Source: a virus (Duplodnaviria; Heunggongvirae; Uroviricota; Caudoviricetes). Taken from it: a stretch of 39,015 bases of DNA. The stretch's first letter is position 1; the number at the start of each line of letters is the position of its first letter. Below the pieces are notes generated by a model, which ran no database searches, was not told the DNA's origin, and worked only from the letters and a program-made list of their open reading frames with translations. The translations under genes and the position numbers were made by a program. The DNA is taken from the IMG/VR virus record IMGVR_UViG_2740892269_000012; one strand, written 5' to 3'. Positions 19,282 to 28,003 of this stretch are shown here, one piece after another.

Positions 19282-19305
19282 AGCTCGCTACGGCGAGCTT
19301 TTTAT
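19282..19305 (+). terminator. Rho-independent terminator after the lipoprotein pair
   Basis: Stem AGCTCGC / GCGAGCT with TACG loop followed by TTTTT. Confidence 0.6.
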
Positions 19306-19407
19306 ATTGCATCGTCTCCAGCATATATATCAATTAAGGCTCTGATTGATGTGTCTGAAAGCCTACACATAATAACTATGCCATCCGTTCCGTGCGGAGG
19401 TGAGGCT

Positions 19408-19623
19408 ATGAAATCCATGGACAAAATTTCAACAGGCATTGCCTACGGCACCTCCGCAGGCAGTGCTGGCTACTGGTTTTTACAGTTGCTCGATAGAGTA
19501 ACTCCGTCACAGTGGGCTGCAATCGGTGTGCTGGGTAGTCTGGTATTTGGCCTGCTGACGTACCTGACAAACCTTTATTTCAAGATTAAAGAAGATAAGC
19601 GCAAGGCTGCGAGAGGTGAATAA
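19408..19623 (+). CDS. Class II pinholin (phage 21 S21 / EssD-like), 71 aa
   Basis: [71 protein letters not shown]; two TM segments; TAATG overlap with endolysin start. Confidence 0.9.
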   Translation: MKSMDKISTGIAYGTSAGSAGYWFLQLLDRVTPSQWAAIGVLGSLVFGLLTYLTNLYFKIKEDKRKAARGE

Positions 19624-20120
19624 TGCCTCCATCATTACGAAAAGTCGTTGCTGCTGCTATTGGTGGCGGAGCAATTGCTATAGCATCAGTGTTAATCACT
19701 GGCCCAAGTGGTAACGATGGTCTGGAAGGTGTCAGCTACATACCATACAAAGATATTGTTGGTGTATGGACTGTATGTCACGGGCATACAGGAAAAGACA
19801 TCATGCTCGGTAAAACGTATACCAAAGCAGAATGCAAAACACTCTTGAATAAAGACCTTGCCACTGTCGCCAGACAAATTAACCCGTACATCAAAGTCGA
19901 TATACCGGAAACAACGCGCGGCGCTCTTTACTCATTCGTTTACAACGTGGGTGCTGGCAATTTCAGAACATCGACGCTTCTTCGCAAAATAAACCAGGGC
20001 GATATCAAAGGCGCATGTGATCAGCTACGTCGCTGGACATATGCTGGCGGTAAGCAATGGAAAGGTCTCATGACTCGTCGTGAGATTGAGCGTGAAATCT
20101 GTTTGTGGGGTCAGCAATGA
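19623..20120 (+). CDS. SAR endolysin (lysozyme, phage 21 R21 / RrrD-like), 165 aa
   Basis: N-terminal signal-arrest-release hydrophobic segment [18 protein letters not shown] followed by a lysozyme domain; closely matches recollected R21. Confidence 0.9.
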   Translation: MPPSLRKVVAAAIGGGAIAIASVLITGPSGNDGLEGVSYIPYKDIVGVWTVCHGHTGKDIMLGKTYTKAECKTLLNKDLATVARQINPYIKVDIPETTRGALYSFVYNVGAGNFRTSTLLRKINQGDIKGACDQLRRWTYAGGKQWKGLMTRREIEREICLWGQQ

Positions 20121-20581
20121 ACAGAGTAACCGCGATTATCTCCGCTCTGGTTATCTGCATCATCGTCTGCCTGTCATGGGCTGTTAATCATTACCGTGAT
20201 AACGCCATTACCTACAAAGCCCAGCGCGACAAAAATGCCAGAGAACTGAAGCTGGCGAACGCGGCAATTACTGACATGCAGATGCGTCAGCGTGATGTTG
20301 CTGCGCTCGATGCAAAATACACGAAGGAGTTAGCTGATGCGAAAGCTGAAAATGATGCTCTGCGTGATGATGTTGCCGCTGGTCGTCGTCGGTTGCACAT
20401 CAAAGCAGTCTGTCAGTCAGTGCGTGAAGCCACCACCGCCTCCGGCGTGGATAATGCAGCCTCCCCCCGACTGGCAGACACCGCTGAACGGGATTATTTC
20501 ACCCTCCGGGAACGACTGGTAATGATGCAGGCCCAACTTGAAGGTGCTCAGCAATACATAACCGAGCAGTGTTTAAAGTAA
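20117..20581 (+). CDS. Rz-like inner-membrane spanin (i-spanin), 154 aa
   Basis: ATG at 20117 overlapping the endolysin stop; N-terminal TM segment then coiled-coil; contains an embedded +1-frame Rz1. Confidence 0.85.
   Translation: MNRVTAIISALVICIIVCLSWAVNHYRDNAITYKAQRDKNARELKLANAAITDMQMRQRDVAALDAKYTKELADAKAENDALRDDVAAGRRRLHIKAVCQSVREATTASGVDNAASPRLADTAERDYFTLRERLVMMQAQLEGAQQYITEQCLK
20337..20522 (+). CDS. Rz1-like outer-membrane lipoprotein spanin (o-spanin), 61 aa, embedded in Rz
   Basis: Lipobox VVGC then proline-rich [16 protein letters not shown]; lies entirely inside Rz in the +1 frame. Confidence 0.8.
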   Translation: MRKLKMMLCVMMLPLVVVGCTSKQSVSQCVKPPPPPAWIMQPPPDWQTPLNGIISPSGNDW

Positions 20582-20718
20582 AATCTTAACTACAATATGA
20601 TTCATTTTGATGATTGTTTCATAAGGAACAGTGAAGTAAGATCTAAGAGGAGTTAAATTTTATACAGTATAATCATAATATTGCAGCAAGGTGGTTATAA
20701 TTGAAAGAATATTTAGAT

Positions 20719-22176
20719 ATGAATACATCTCATGTAAGAGTTGTTACTCATATGTGTGGGTTCCTGGTTTGGCTCTATAGTCTTTCAATGTTGCCACCAA
20801 TGGTTGTAGCATTGTTTTATAAAGAAAAAAGCCTGTTCGTTTTCTTTATAACTTTCGTTATATTTTTTTGCATTGGTGGCGGAGCGTGGTATACAACTAA
20901 GAAATCTGGCATTCAATTACGTACCCGTGATGGGTTTATTATAATTGTAATGTTTTGGATTTTGTTTTCTGTTATTAGTGCATTCCCTTTATGGATTGAC
21001 TCAGAACTTAATTTAACGTTCATTGATGCTCTGTTTGAAGGGGTTTCTGGAATAACAACAACAGGAGCAACTGTAATTGATGATGTTAGTTCATTACCTC
21101 GGGCATATTTGTACTATCGGTCACAGTTAAATTTTATAGGTGGTTTAGGAGTTATTGTTCTGGCGGTTGCAGTATTGCCATTATTGGGTATTGGTGGTGC
21201 AAAGCTTTATCAGTCAGAAATGCCGGGGCCATTTAAGGATGACAAACTCACTCCCCGCCTGGCCGATACGTCACGGACACTGTGGATAACTTATTCTTTA
21301 TTAGGTATTGCTTGTATTGTCTGTTATAGACTTGCAGGAATGCCTTTGTTTGATGCTATTTGTCACGGGATTTCCACAGTTTCGCTTGGTGGTTTCTCAA
21401 CTCATAGCGAGAGTATCGGATATTTTAATAACTATTTGGTTGAGCTGGTGGCTGGTTCTTTTTCCCTGCTATCGGCTTTCAACTTCACTCTTTGGTATAT
21501 TGTTATTAGCAGAAAAACGATAAAACCTTTAATCAGAGATATTGAACTTCGTTTCTTTCTGTTAATAGCCTTAGGGGTGATCATTGTTACCTCTTTCCAG
21601 GTCTGGCATATAGGTATGTATGACTTGCATGGAAGTTTTATTCATTCGTTTTTTCTTGCCAGCTCCATGCTCACTGATAATGGTTTAGCTACGCAGGATT
21701 ATGCAAACTGGCCCACGCACACGATAGTGTTTTTGCTGTTGTCAAGTTTCTTTGGGGGATGTATAGGTTCAACCTGTGGTGGAATTAAGTCACTTCGATT
21801 TCTTATACTTTTCAAACAAAGCAAACACGAGATAAATCAGCTTTCTCATCCCAGAGCGTTGTTGAGTGTAAATGTAGGAGGGAAGATAGTTACAGATCGT
21901 GTAATGAGGTCTGTATGGAGTTTCTTTTTTCTTTATACTCTCTTCACGGTGTTTTTTATACTGGTGTTAAATGGTATGGGATATGATTTTCTTACATCAT
22001 TTGCAACAGTGGCTGCATGTATTAATAATATGGGATTAGGTTTTGGGGCTACTGCATCGTCATTCGGAGTGCTTAATGACATTGCAAAATATTTAATGTG
22101 CATAGCTATGATTCTTGGTCGCCTTGAAATTTATCCTGTTATTATATTGTTTTCAGGTTTTTTTTGGCGCTCCTAA
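20719..22176 (+). CDS. trkG: TrkG potassium uptake transporter (TrkH paralogue), 485 aa
   Basis: ATG at 20719 (MNTSHVRVVTHMCGFLVWLYSLSMLPP...) gives 485 aa as in K-12 TrkG; polytopic membrane protein; AT-rich gene. Confidence 0.9.
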   Translation: MNTSHVRVVTHMCGFLVWLYSLSMLPPMVVALFYKEKSLFVFFITFVIFFCIGGGAWYTTKKSGIQLRTRDGFIIIVMFWILFSVISAFPLWIDSELNLTFIDALFEGVSGITTTGATVIDDVSSLPRAYLYYRSQLNFIGGLGVIVLAVAVLPLLGIGGAKLYQSEMPGPFKDDKLTPRLADTSRTLWITYSLLGIACIVCYRLAGMPLFDAICHGISTVSLGGFSTHSESIGYFNNYLVELVAGSFSLLSAFNFTLWYIVISRKTIKPLIRDIELRFFLLIALGVIIVTSFQVWHIGMYDLHGSFIHSFFLASSMLTDNGLATQDYANWPTHTIVFLLLSSFFGGCIGSTCGGIKSLRFLILFKQSKHEINQLSHPRALLSVNVGGKIVTDRVMRSVWSFFFLYTLFTVFFILVLNGMGYDFLTSFATVAACINNMGLGFGATASSFGVLNDIAKYLMCIAMILGRLEIYPVIILFSGFFWRS

Positions 22177-22313
22177 TATATGGCTGATTTATAATTGTGA
22201 GTTTAATATTATGTTGACTCACTCATTGATCCAATACCTAACTTTACCAGCAACACCTCCGCCCCCAGTAGCACTGGCTGCTGGGGTGCGTTTTATTCAT
22301 AAAGCAAGGCTGT

Positions 22314-23102
22314 ATGAGCGAGAAATTAAAGATAGTCTATCGCCCATTACAAGAATTGTCACCGTATGCGCACAACGCCAGGACGCACAGTACTGAGCAG
22401 GTGGCACAACTGGTAGAAAGTATTAAGCAATTCGGCTGGACTAATCCGGTGCTGATTGACGAAAAGGGCGAAATTATTGCGGGTCACGGTCGTGTTATGG
22501 CGGCTGAAATGCTCAAAATGGATTCTGTTCCGGTCATTGTTCTGTCTGGCCTGACGGATGAGCAGAAAAAGGCGTACCGCCTGGCAGATAATCGCCTGCC
22601 GATGAATGCTGGCTGGGATGAAGATCTGTTGCGGATGGAGCTGTCGGACCTAATCAATGCTGATTTTGATGTCTCCCTGACAGGCTTCATCCCGGCAGAA
22701 ATTGATGAACTGTTGACGGATGTTTTGCCCGGTACAGGAAATGAGGAGGAGCCGTATACGACGAAAATTGATACGCCTGTTTATGAGCCGTCAGGCGGTA
22801 AACCGGATATCAGTGAACTGTACGACGATACGAAAACTCAGGAGCTGATCAGCCGGATACGTTCGGCGTCCCTTGATCCTGATATTGAGAAATTCCTCCT
22901 GTGTGCAGCAGAACGTCACACGGTGTTTAATTTCAGCAGAATTGCGGACTATTACGCTCATGCCCCCGCTGAAATTCAGTGCCTTTTCGAGGAGTCGGCG
23001 CTGGTGATCATTGATTATCAGCAGGCTATTGAAAATGGATTTGTCCGAATGACGCAGCGCATGGTGGAGATCATGCATGGCGGGGAGGAGGAATATGCGT
23101 GA
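22314..23102 (+). CDS. ynaK: ParB/Srx-like nuclease-domain protein, 262 aa; full-length counterpart of the K-12 ynaK remnant
   Basis: N-terminus MSEKLKIVYRPLQELSPYAHNARTHSTEQVAQLVESIKQFGWTNPVLIDEKGEIIAGHGRVMAA... is ParB N-terminal-domain-like; sits upstream of terminase. Confidence 0.78.
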   Translation: MSEKLKIVYRPLQELSPYAHNARTHSTEQVAQLVESIKQFGWTNPVLIDEKGEIIAGHGRVMAAEMLKMDSVPVIVLSGLTDEQKKAYRLADNRLPMNAGWDEDLLRMELSDLINADFDVSLTGFIPAEIDELLTDVLPGTGNEEEPYTTKIDTPVYEPSGGKPDISELYDDTKTQELISRIRSASLDPDIEKFLLCAAERHTVFNFSRIADYYAHAPAEIQCLFEESALVIIDYQQAIENGFVRMTQRMVEIMHGGEEEYA

Positions 23103-24027
23103 TGATTTTTGCGCCTTTATTCTGACTCACGGGCGACCGGACAAAGTTCTGACTTACCGGACGTTGCGTCGTGCTGGCTATACCGGGAAAATTTTTATCG
23201 TTGTTGATGATGAAGATAAGACACGGCATCAGTACATGGCTGAATTTGGTGAACAGGTGCTGGTATTTTCCAAAGCCGATATTGCTAGTCGTTTTGACGA
23301 AGCCGATAATTTTAGTGACCGCCGCTCAATTTTTTACGCCCGTAATGCCTGTTTCGACCAGGCAAAACTGGTCGGGTGTAAATACTTCATTCAGCTCGAT
23401 GATGATTATCACGAGTTCCAGTTTCGGGTGGATCGCAACTATGACCAGGCCTATTTCCCGATAAGGAAACTGGATGAGATCCTTTCTGAAATGCTTGCGT
23501 ACTACGAATCAATACCTGCTCTTTCCATCGCTATGTCGCAGGGCGGGGATTTTCTTGGTGACAATGGCGGCCATGCTTCGTGGGTGAAACGCAAGGCAAT
23601 GAACAGCTTTATCTGTTCGGTTGATCGACCGTTCTCATTCATGGGGCGCATTAACGAGGATGTGAATACGTACACGAATCTCGGTCGCTGTGGTGAATTG
23701 TTTATGACGATCGGTGCTGTCCAGTTAGGGCAGAAACAGACGCAGAAAAACAGCGGCGGAATGACCGAGCTGTATCTGGATTCCGGAACCTACGTTAAAA
23801 GTTTTTACTCCGTCATGTATGCGCCGTCGTGCGTAAAAATCTCACTTATGGGTGCCAGTCATAAACGCATTCACCATCAGGTCACCTGGAACAACGCTGC
23901 AGTAAAAATCCTTCACGAAAAATACAGGAAGAAGACACCCTGCATATCAATGGGGGTGACAAATGATTCCGTATTCGAAAGTCGAGTCTCTGGCAGCGTG
24001 CCGGATGACTGCACAACAAATCGCTGA
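23095..24027 (+). CDS. Hypothetical protein, 310 aa; possible GT-A-like fold (VVDDED and QLDDDY motifs)
   Basis: ATG at 23095 overlapping the previous stop (ATGCGTGA); motif spacing resembles GT-A glycosyltransferases, but this is by-eye inference only; no methyltransferase (D/N-PP-Y/F/W) motif found. Confidence 0.5.
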   Translation: MRDDFCAFILTHGRPDKVLTYRTLRRAGYTGKIFIVVDDEDKTRHQYMAEFGEQVLVFSKADIASRFDEADNFSDRRSIFYARNACFDQAKLVGCKYFIQLDDDYHEFQFRVDRNYDQAYFPIRKLDEILSEMLAYYESIPALSIAMSQGGDFLGDNGGHASWVKRKAMNSFICSVDRPFSFMGRINEDVNTYTNLGRCGELFMTIGAVQLGQKQTQKNSGGMTELYLDSGTYVKSFYSVMYAPSCVKISLMGASHKRIHHQVTWNNAAVKILHEKYRKKTPCISMGVTNDSVFESRVSGSVPDDCTTNR

Positions 24028-24214
24028 CGTTCTGGATGTTGATCTGAACCGACTGAAAGAAAATCGGGAAGCAATGACAGATTTTTATGCGGCCATCCGT
24101 AAGGGCAGAGCGAAAGGTGAAGCCGAGTTACGAGCGGCATTGTTTAAGCTTGCCAGAAAAGGGGATGCCTTTGCTCTGCGCGAACTACTCAGGGTGGATA
24201 AAAATCAGGACTAA
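24005..24214 (+). CDS. Small HTH-like DNA-binding protein upstream of terminase, about 69 aa (ORF may start at 23963)
   Basis: MTAQQIADVLDVDLNRLKENREAM... HTH-like; start ambiguous. Confidence 0.45.
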   Translation: MTAQQIADVLDVDLNRLKENREAMTDFYAAIRKGRAKGEAELRAALFKLARKGDAFALRELLRVDKNQD

Positions 24215-24217
24215 CTG

Positions 24218-25312
24218 ATGAGCAGACCGGACTGGGGGGCGTTGCAGCAGGAGTATATTGCTGAATACACCCGCTCCGGTATATCTCCGGTGGCATGGTG
24301 TGAAGCAAGGGGACTGAATTACGCAACAGCCCGTCGTTACATCAAAAAAACTCCGAAAAATGCGCAGACAGAAATGTGCAAAACTGCGCAAAAAAGTGCG
24401 CAGAAAAAATCTGCGCAGACTGCACAAAAGCGGAACGAAAAATCTCAGGAAAAAAAGCCAGTATTCGATGCGGGCCTGAATGAGGGCGACGCGGAGGAAT
24501 TTTCGTTCTGTCCCGATGAATTCGGCATTTCTGACCAGCAGGCTAAGTTTGCGATGCTTGTTGCTCAGGGTAAAAAGCCGACAGAGGCGTACCGACTAGC
24601 CGGTTATGAGGGGCAAGGTGCGACAGCTAACAGCAACGCCAGTCGTATGCTTAGAAATGCCAGGGTTTTTCGCGCTATCAGCTACTTCCGCAATCAGTAC
24701 CAGAAACGCTATACCGCAGACCTGGATTTACTAGTGAGTCAGTTGATGGCTATTGTCCTGGCCGACCCCAATCAGCTTGCACAATTTCGCCGTGTTAACT
24801 GCCGTTATTGCTGGGGCGAGAATCATCTCTACCAGTGGCGCGATATAGCAGAATTCGACAAGGCAGCGGCGCAGGCTTCCAGAGATGGCAAACCCGAACC
24901 GGAATATGGAGGCCTCGGCTTTGTTGATAACGCCATACCCAATCCGGACTGCCCGAAGTGCTGCGGTGAGGGAACGGGACAGCTTTATATGGCTGATACC
25001 ACTCTGCTTGATGGGGATGCGCGGCAATTATATGCAGGGGCAAAATTCGGAAAATTCGGCGTTGAGATCCTGCTGGAGGATAAGGCTGCCGCCCGGCGTG
25101 AATTGTTGCGTTTGTTTTCTGCTGGCGGGGCTTTATGTGCAGATAAGCGGCTACGGGAACTGGAAATTGAACGGCGCAGAATGGAAAACCAGAAGCTGCG
25201 CAAAGAGATCGAAACGGTGGAAGATAATGAACATCCCCAGCCTGTGGCGATCAATATTAATGTGGTTGATGCCAGAGTAAGGAGTGATGAAGATGATCTC
25301 TCCGACGCTTAA
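24218..25312 (+). CDS. Terminase small subunit (Terminase_2-like core), 364 aa
   Basis: N-terminal HTH, then AKFAMLVAQGKKPTEAYRLAGYEGQGATANSNASRMLRNARV, typical of small terminase; immediately upstream of TerL. Confidence 0.7.
   Translation: MSRPDWGALQQEYIAEYTRSGISPVAWCEARGLNYATARRYIKKTPKNAQTEMCKTAQKSAQKKSAQTAQKRNEKSQEKKPVFDAGLNEGDAEEFSFCPDEFGISDQQAKFAMLVAQGKKPTEAYRLAGYEGQGATANSNASRMLRNARVFRAISYFRNQYQKRYTADLDLLVSQLMAIVLADPNQLAQFRRVNCRYCWGENHLYQWRDIAEFDKAAAQASRDGKPEPEYGGLGFVDNAIPNPDCPKCCGEGTGQLYMADTTLLDGDARQLYAGAKFGKFGVEILLEDKAAARRELLRLFSAGGALCADKRLRELEIERRRMENQKLRKEIETVEDNEHPQPVAININVVDARVRSDEDDLSDA
24361..24426. repeat. Array of six TGCGCA/TGYRCA palindromic hexamers at 9-15 bp spacing inside the 5' part of the small-terminase gene; candidate pac/TerS site
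   Basis: TGCGCA at 24361, 24385, 24397, 24412; variants TGTGCA at 24376 and TGCACA at 24421. Confidence 0.4.
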
Positions 25313-26594
25313 TGTGCCTCAGGCGCGATTTCTTTCAATGCCCCATAAATTTAAAGCCTATATTGCTGGTTTTGGCTCGGGCAAAACATGGGTTGGGTGT
25401 GGCGGCATATGCAAGGGGATTTGGGAGCATCCAGGTATAAATCAGGGATATTTTGCGCCAACGTATCCCCAAATTCGCGATATTTTTTACCCTACAGTGG
25501 AAGAAGTTGCTGCTGACTGGGGATTGAACGTAAAAATTAATGAGGGAAATAAAGAGGTTCACTTTTATTACGGACGCCAGTATCGGGGAACCACTATCTG
25601 CAGATCGATGGAGAAGCCACAAACGATCGTCGGTTTCAAAATTGGTAATGCGTTGGTGGATGAACTGGACATTTTGCCGAAGGAAAAAGCCAGAACGGCG
25701 TGGCGCAAGATAATTGCACGTATGCGTTATAAGATTGATGGACTTCGCAACGGTATTGACGTTACAACCACGCCGGAAGGATTCAAATTTGTCTACGAGC
25801 AGTTTGTTAAAGCCGTGCGTGAAAAAACAGAGCTGGCCTCACTGTATGGTCTGGTGCAGGCATCTACTTTCGATAATGAAAAGAACCTGCCAGCAGATTA
25901 CATTCCTTCGCTTCTTGAATCATACCCTCCAGAGCTGATTAAAGCCTATCTTCGAGGACAGTTTACTAACCTGACAAGTGGTACTGTTTACCATCAGTTT
26001 GACCGGAAACTGAATAATTGCGAAGAAGTGGAGCAGCCAGGGGAGCCGATTTATATTGGGATGGATTTTAACGTTGGAAAGATGGCGGGAATCGTCCATG
26101 TGCTGCGTTTGGGGCTTCCATGTGCGGTAACTGAAATCATCAATGCCTACGATACGCCGGATATGATCCGCATCATTAAAGAACGCTTCTGGCTGTATGA
26201 TGGGAATGATTACCGGAAAGTGAGGGAAATTTATATTTATCCAGATGCTTCCGGGGATTCCAGAAAATCAAGTAACGCAAGTACGACGGATATAGCCCAG
26301 CTTAAGCAGGCTGGTTTTAACGTTGTGGTGAACAGCTCGAACCCGCCAGTAAAAGATCGCGTTAACTCAATGAATGCAATGTTCTGCAATGCCAATGGTG
26401 AGCGTCGCTATAAAGTTAATGTGAAGCGTTGCCCGTTATATGCCGAATCTCTGGAGCAACAGGTCTGGGATGAGAAGGGGGAGCCTGATAAAAAATCTGG
26501 CAATGATCACCCGAATGATGCCGGAGGTTATTTCATCGTTAAGCAATTCCCTATTGTCAAACCGACCGGAAGAGTCACATCACTTCGGATTTAA
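25284..26594 (+). CDS. Terminase large subunit (ATPase/nuclease), about 435 aa; start GTG 25284 or ATG 25287
   Basis: Walker A AGFGSGKTW near the N-terminus; acidic nuclease-domain residues; AAGGAG SD at 25277-25282. Confidence 0.9.
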   Translation: MMKMISPTLNVPQARFLSMPHKFKAYIAGFGSGKTWVGCGGICKGIWEHPGINQGYFAPTYPQIRDIFYPTVEEVAADWGLNVKINEGNKEVHFYYGRQYRGTTICRSMEKPQTIVGFKIGNALVDELDILPKEKARTAWRKIIARMRYKIDGLRNGIDVTTTPEGFKFVYEQFVKAVREKTELASLYGLVQASTFDNEKNLPADYIPSLLESYPPELIKAYLRGQFTNLTSGTVYHQFDRKLNNCEEVEQPGEPIYIGMDFNVGKMAGIVHVLRLGLPCAVTEIINAYDTPDMIRIIKERFWLYDGNDYRKVREIYIYPDASGDSRKSSNASTTDIAQLKQAGFNVVVNSSNPPVKDRVNSMNAMFCNANGERRYKVNVKRCPLYAESLEQQVWDEKGEPDKKSGNDHPNDAGGYFIVKQFPIVKPTGRVTSLRI

Positions 26595-26596
26595 TT

Positions 26597-28003
26597 ATGG
26601 CTGATATATCAACACCCAACCTCGACTATAACGATATGCTGGAGGCGTGGGATATTAACGACGCACTGATGGGCGGTACGCTTGAAATGCGCAGGCAGGG
26701 GGAAAATTATCTCCCAAAATGGCCTAACGAAGATGAAGACGCTTATAAAAAACGCCTGTCTGTGGCTACGCTACTTCCTGTGTATGAAGAAAGCATCAAG
26801 CAAAATATTGGGCGCATATTTGCAGAGCCGACAGTATTGAGTGAGGAAACGCCGGCAAAAATCAGGGAATATGCAGAAAATATCGACATGGAGGGGAGCC
26901 GACTGGATGTGTGGGCGCAGCAATTTTTCAGCCTCGCATTTCAGTATGGTGTGGCACATGCGCTGGTGGACTATCCACGAACGGATATGAAAGAGATTCG
27001 GACAAAAGCCGATGAAAACGCGACCGGTGGTCGTCCGTACGTTACGATGCTGAATCCACGCCAGGTTATTGGATGGAAATCGAAAGTTGAAAAAGGGAAA
27101 GTTGTTCTCACTGATTTGCGTATAAAAGAGGTCATCATTATTGATGGTGATGATTTCGGGCAGAAGAAGGTGGAGCAGATCCGCCATATTATGCCCCGTC
27201 GAGTTGAAATTTATCGACGTAGCGAAGGCACTAATGGCGAATCTGTCTGGACGCTTCATGAGTCATGGAATACCAGCCGTGATGATATTCCTCTGGTAAC
27301 ACTGTACACGAAGAAAACAGGATTTATGCGTGGTACACCGCCATTGCTTAATCTTGGCTTGCTGAATATCAAGCACTGGCAAAGCCAGAGCGAGCAGGAC
27401 AATATTCTTCATGTTGCCCGCGTTCCATTGCTGGTGGCCTACGGGCTGGACAGGAATGAAGAACTGACGGTTGGTGCATCCACCGCTACGATTTTTGAGG
27501 ACAGAACAAAAAATGGCCTCGAATATGTTGAACATAGTGGCGCAGCGATAGAATCTGGCGAAACATCACTTGAGAAGCTGGAAAATCAGATGCGTCATGC
27601 CGGCGCTAAACTTCTGCGTGCTGAAAATACATCCACCAAATCTGTTGATCAGACTAATGAAGAGCGAATGCAGGAAAACTCGCCGCTTTATACAATGGCG
27701 AACTCCCTCGAAGATGCCCTCGATAATATTCTCCAGATAATGGCGGAATGGATCGGAGAGAGTTGCGGTGGCAATGTGGATGTGCGCACTGAACTGGATG
27801 TATCTGCCCAGGTGTTTGACTCATCCTCCGCGCTGGCTGTTCAGTCATTGCGTCAGGGCGGTGATATACGTCAGATTGATGCGGTTCGGGTGTTGCAGGC
27901 GTTGAAATTTATCGATCAGGATTCCCGTCCAGAGGAAGTGATCGATGAATTAAAAAATCAGAGTGTAATGCTGATGGAAATCAATGATGCAAACCGTGAA
28001 TGA
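26597..28003 (+). CDS. Portal protein, 468 aa
   Basis: Size and position between TerL and the head-morphogenesis gene; assigned by synteny. Confidence 0.7.
   Translation: MADISTPNLDYNDMLEAWDINDALMGGTLEMRRQGENYLPKWPNEDEDAYKKRLSVATLLPVYEESIKQNIGRIFAEPTVLSEETPAKIREYAENIDMEGSRLDVWAQQFFSLAFQYGVAHALVDYPRTDMKEIRTKADENATGGRPYVTMLNPRQVIGWKSKVEKGKVVLTDLRIKEVIIIDGDDFGQKKVEQIRHIMPRRVEIYRRSEGTNGESVWTLHESWNTSRDDIPLVTLYTKKTGFMRGTPPLLNLGLLNIKHWQSQSEQDNILHVARVPLLVAYGLDRNEELTVGASTATIFEDRTKNGLEYVEHSGAAIESGETSLEKLENQMRHAGAKLLRAENTSTKSVDQTNEERMQENSPLYTMANSLEDALDNILQIMAEWIGESCGGNVDVRTELDVSAQVFDSSSALAVQSLRQGGDIRQIDAVRVLQALKFIDQDSRPEEVIDELKNQSVMLMEINDANRE

Noticed and set aside
22115-22396. 93-aa plus-strand ORF spanning the trkG 3' end and the ParB-like gene start
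   Set aside because: Overlaps two supported genes in another frame, with no RBS or recognisable domain.
14115-27433. Chi sites (GCTGGTGG) at about 14115 and 27426
   Set aside because: Chi is over-represented throughout E. coli DNA; two copies in 39 kb is unremarkable and not evidence of a specific feature.
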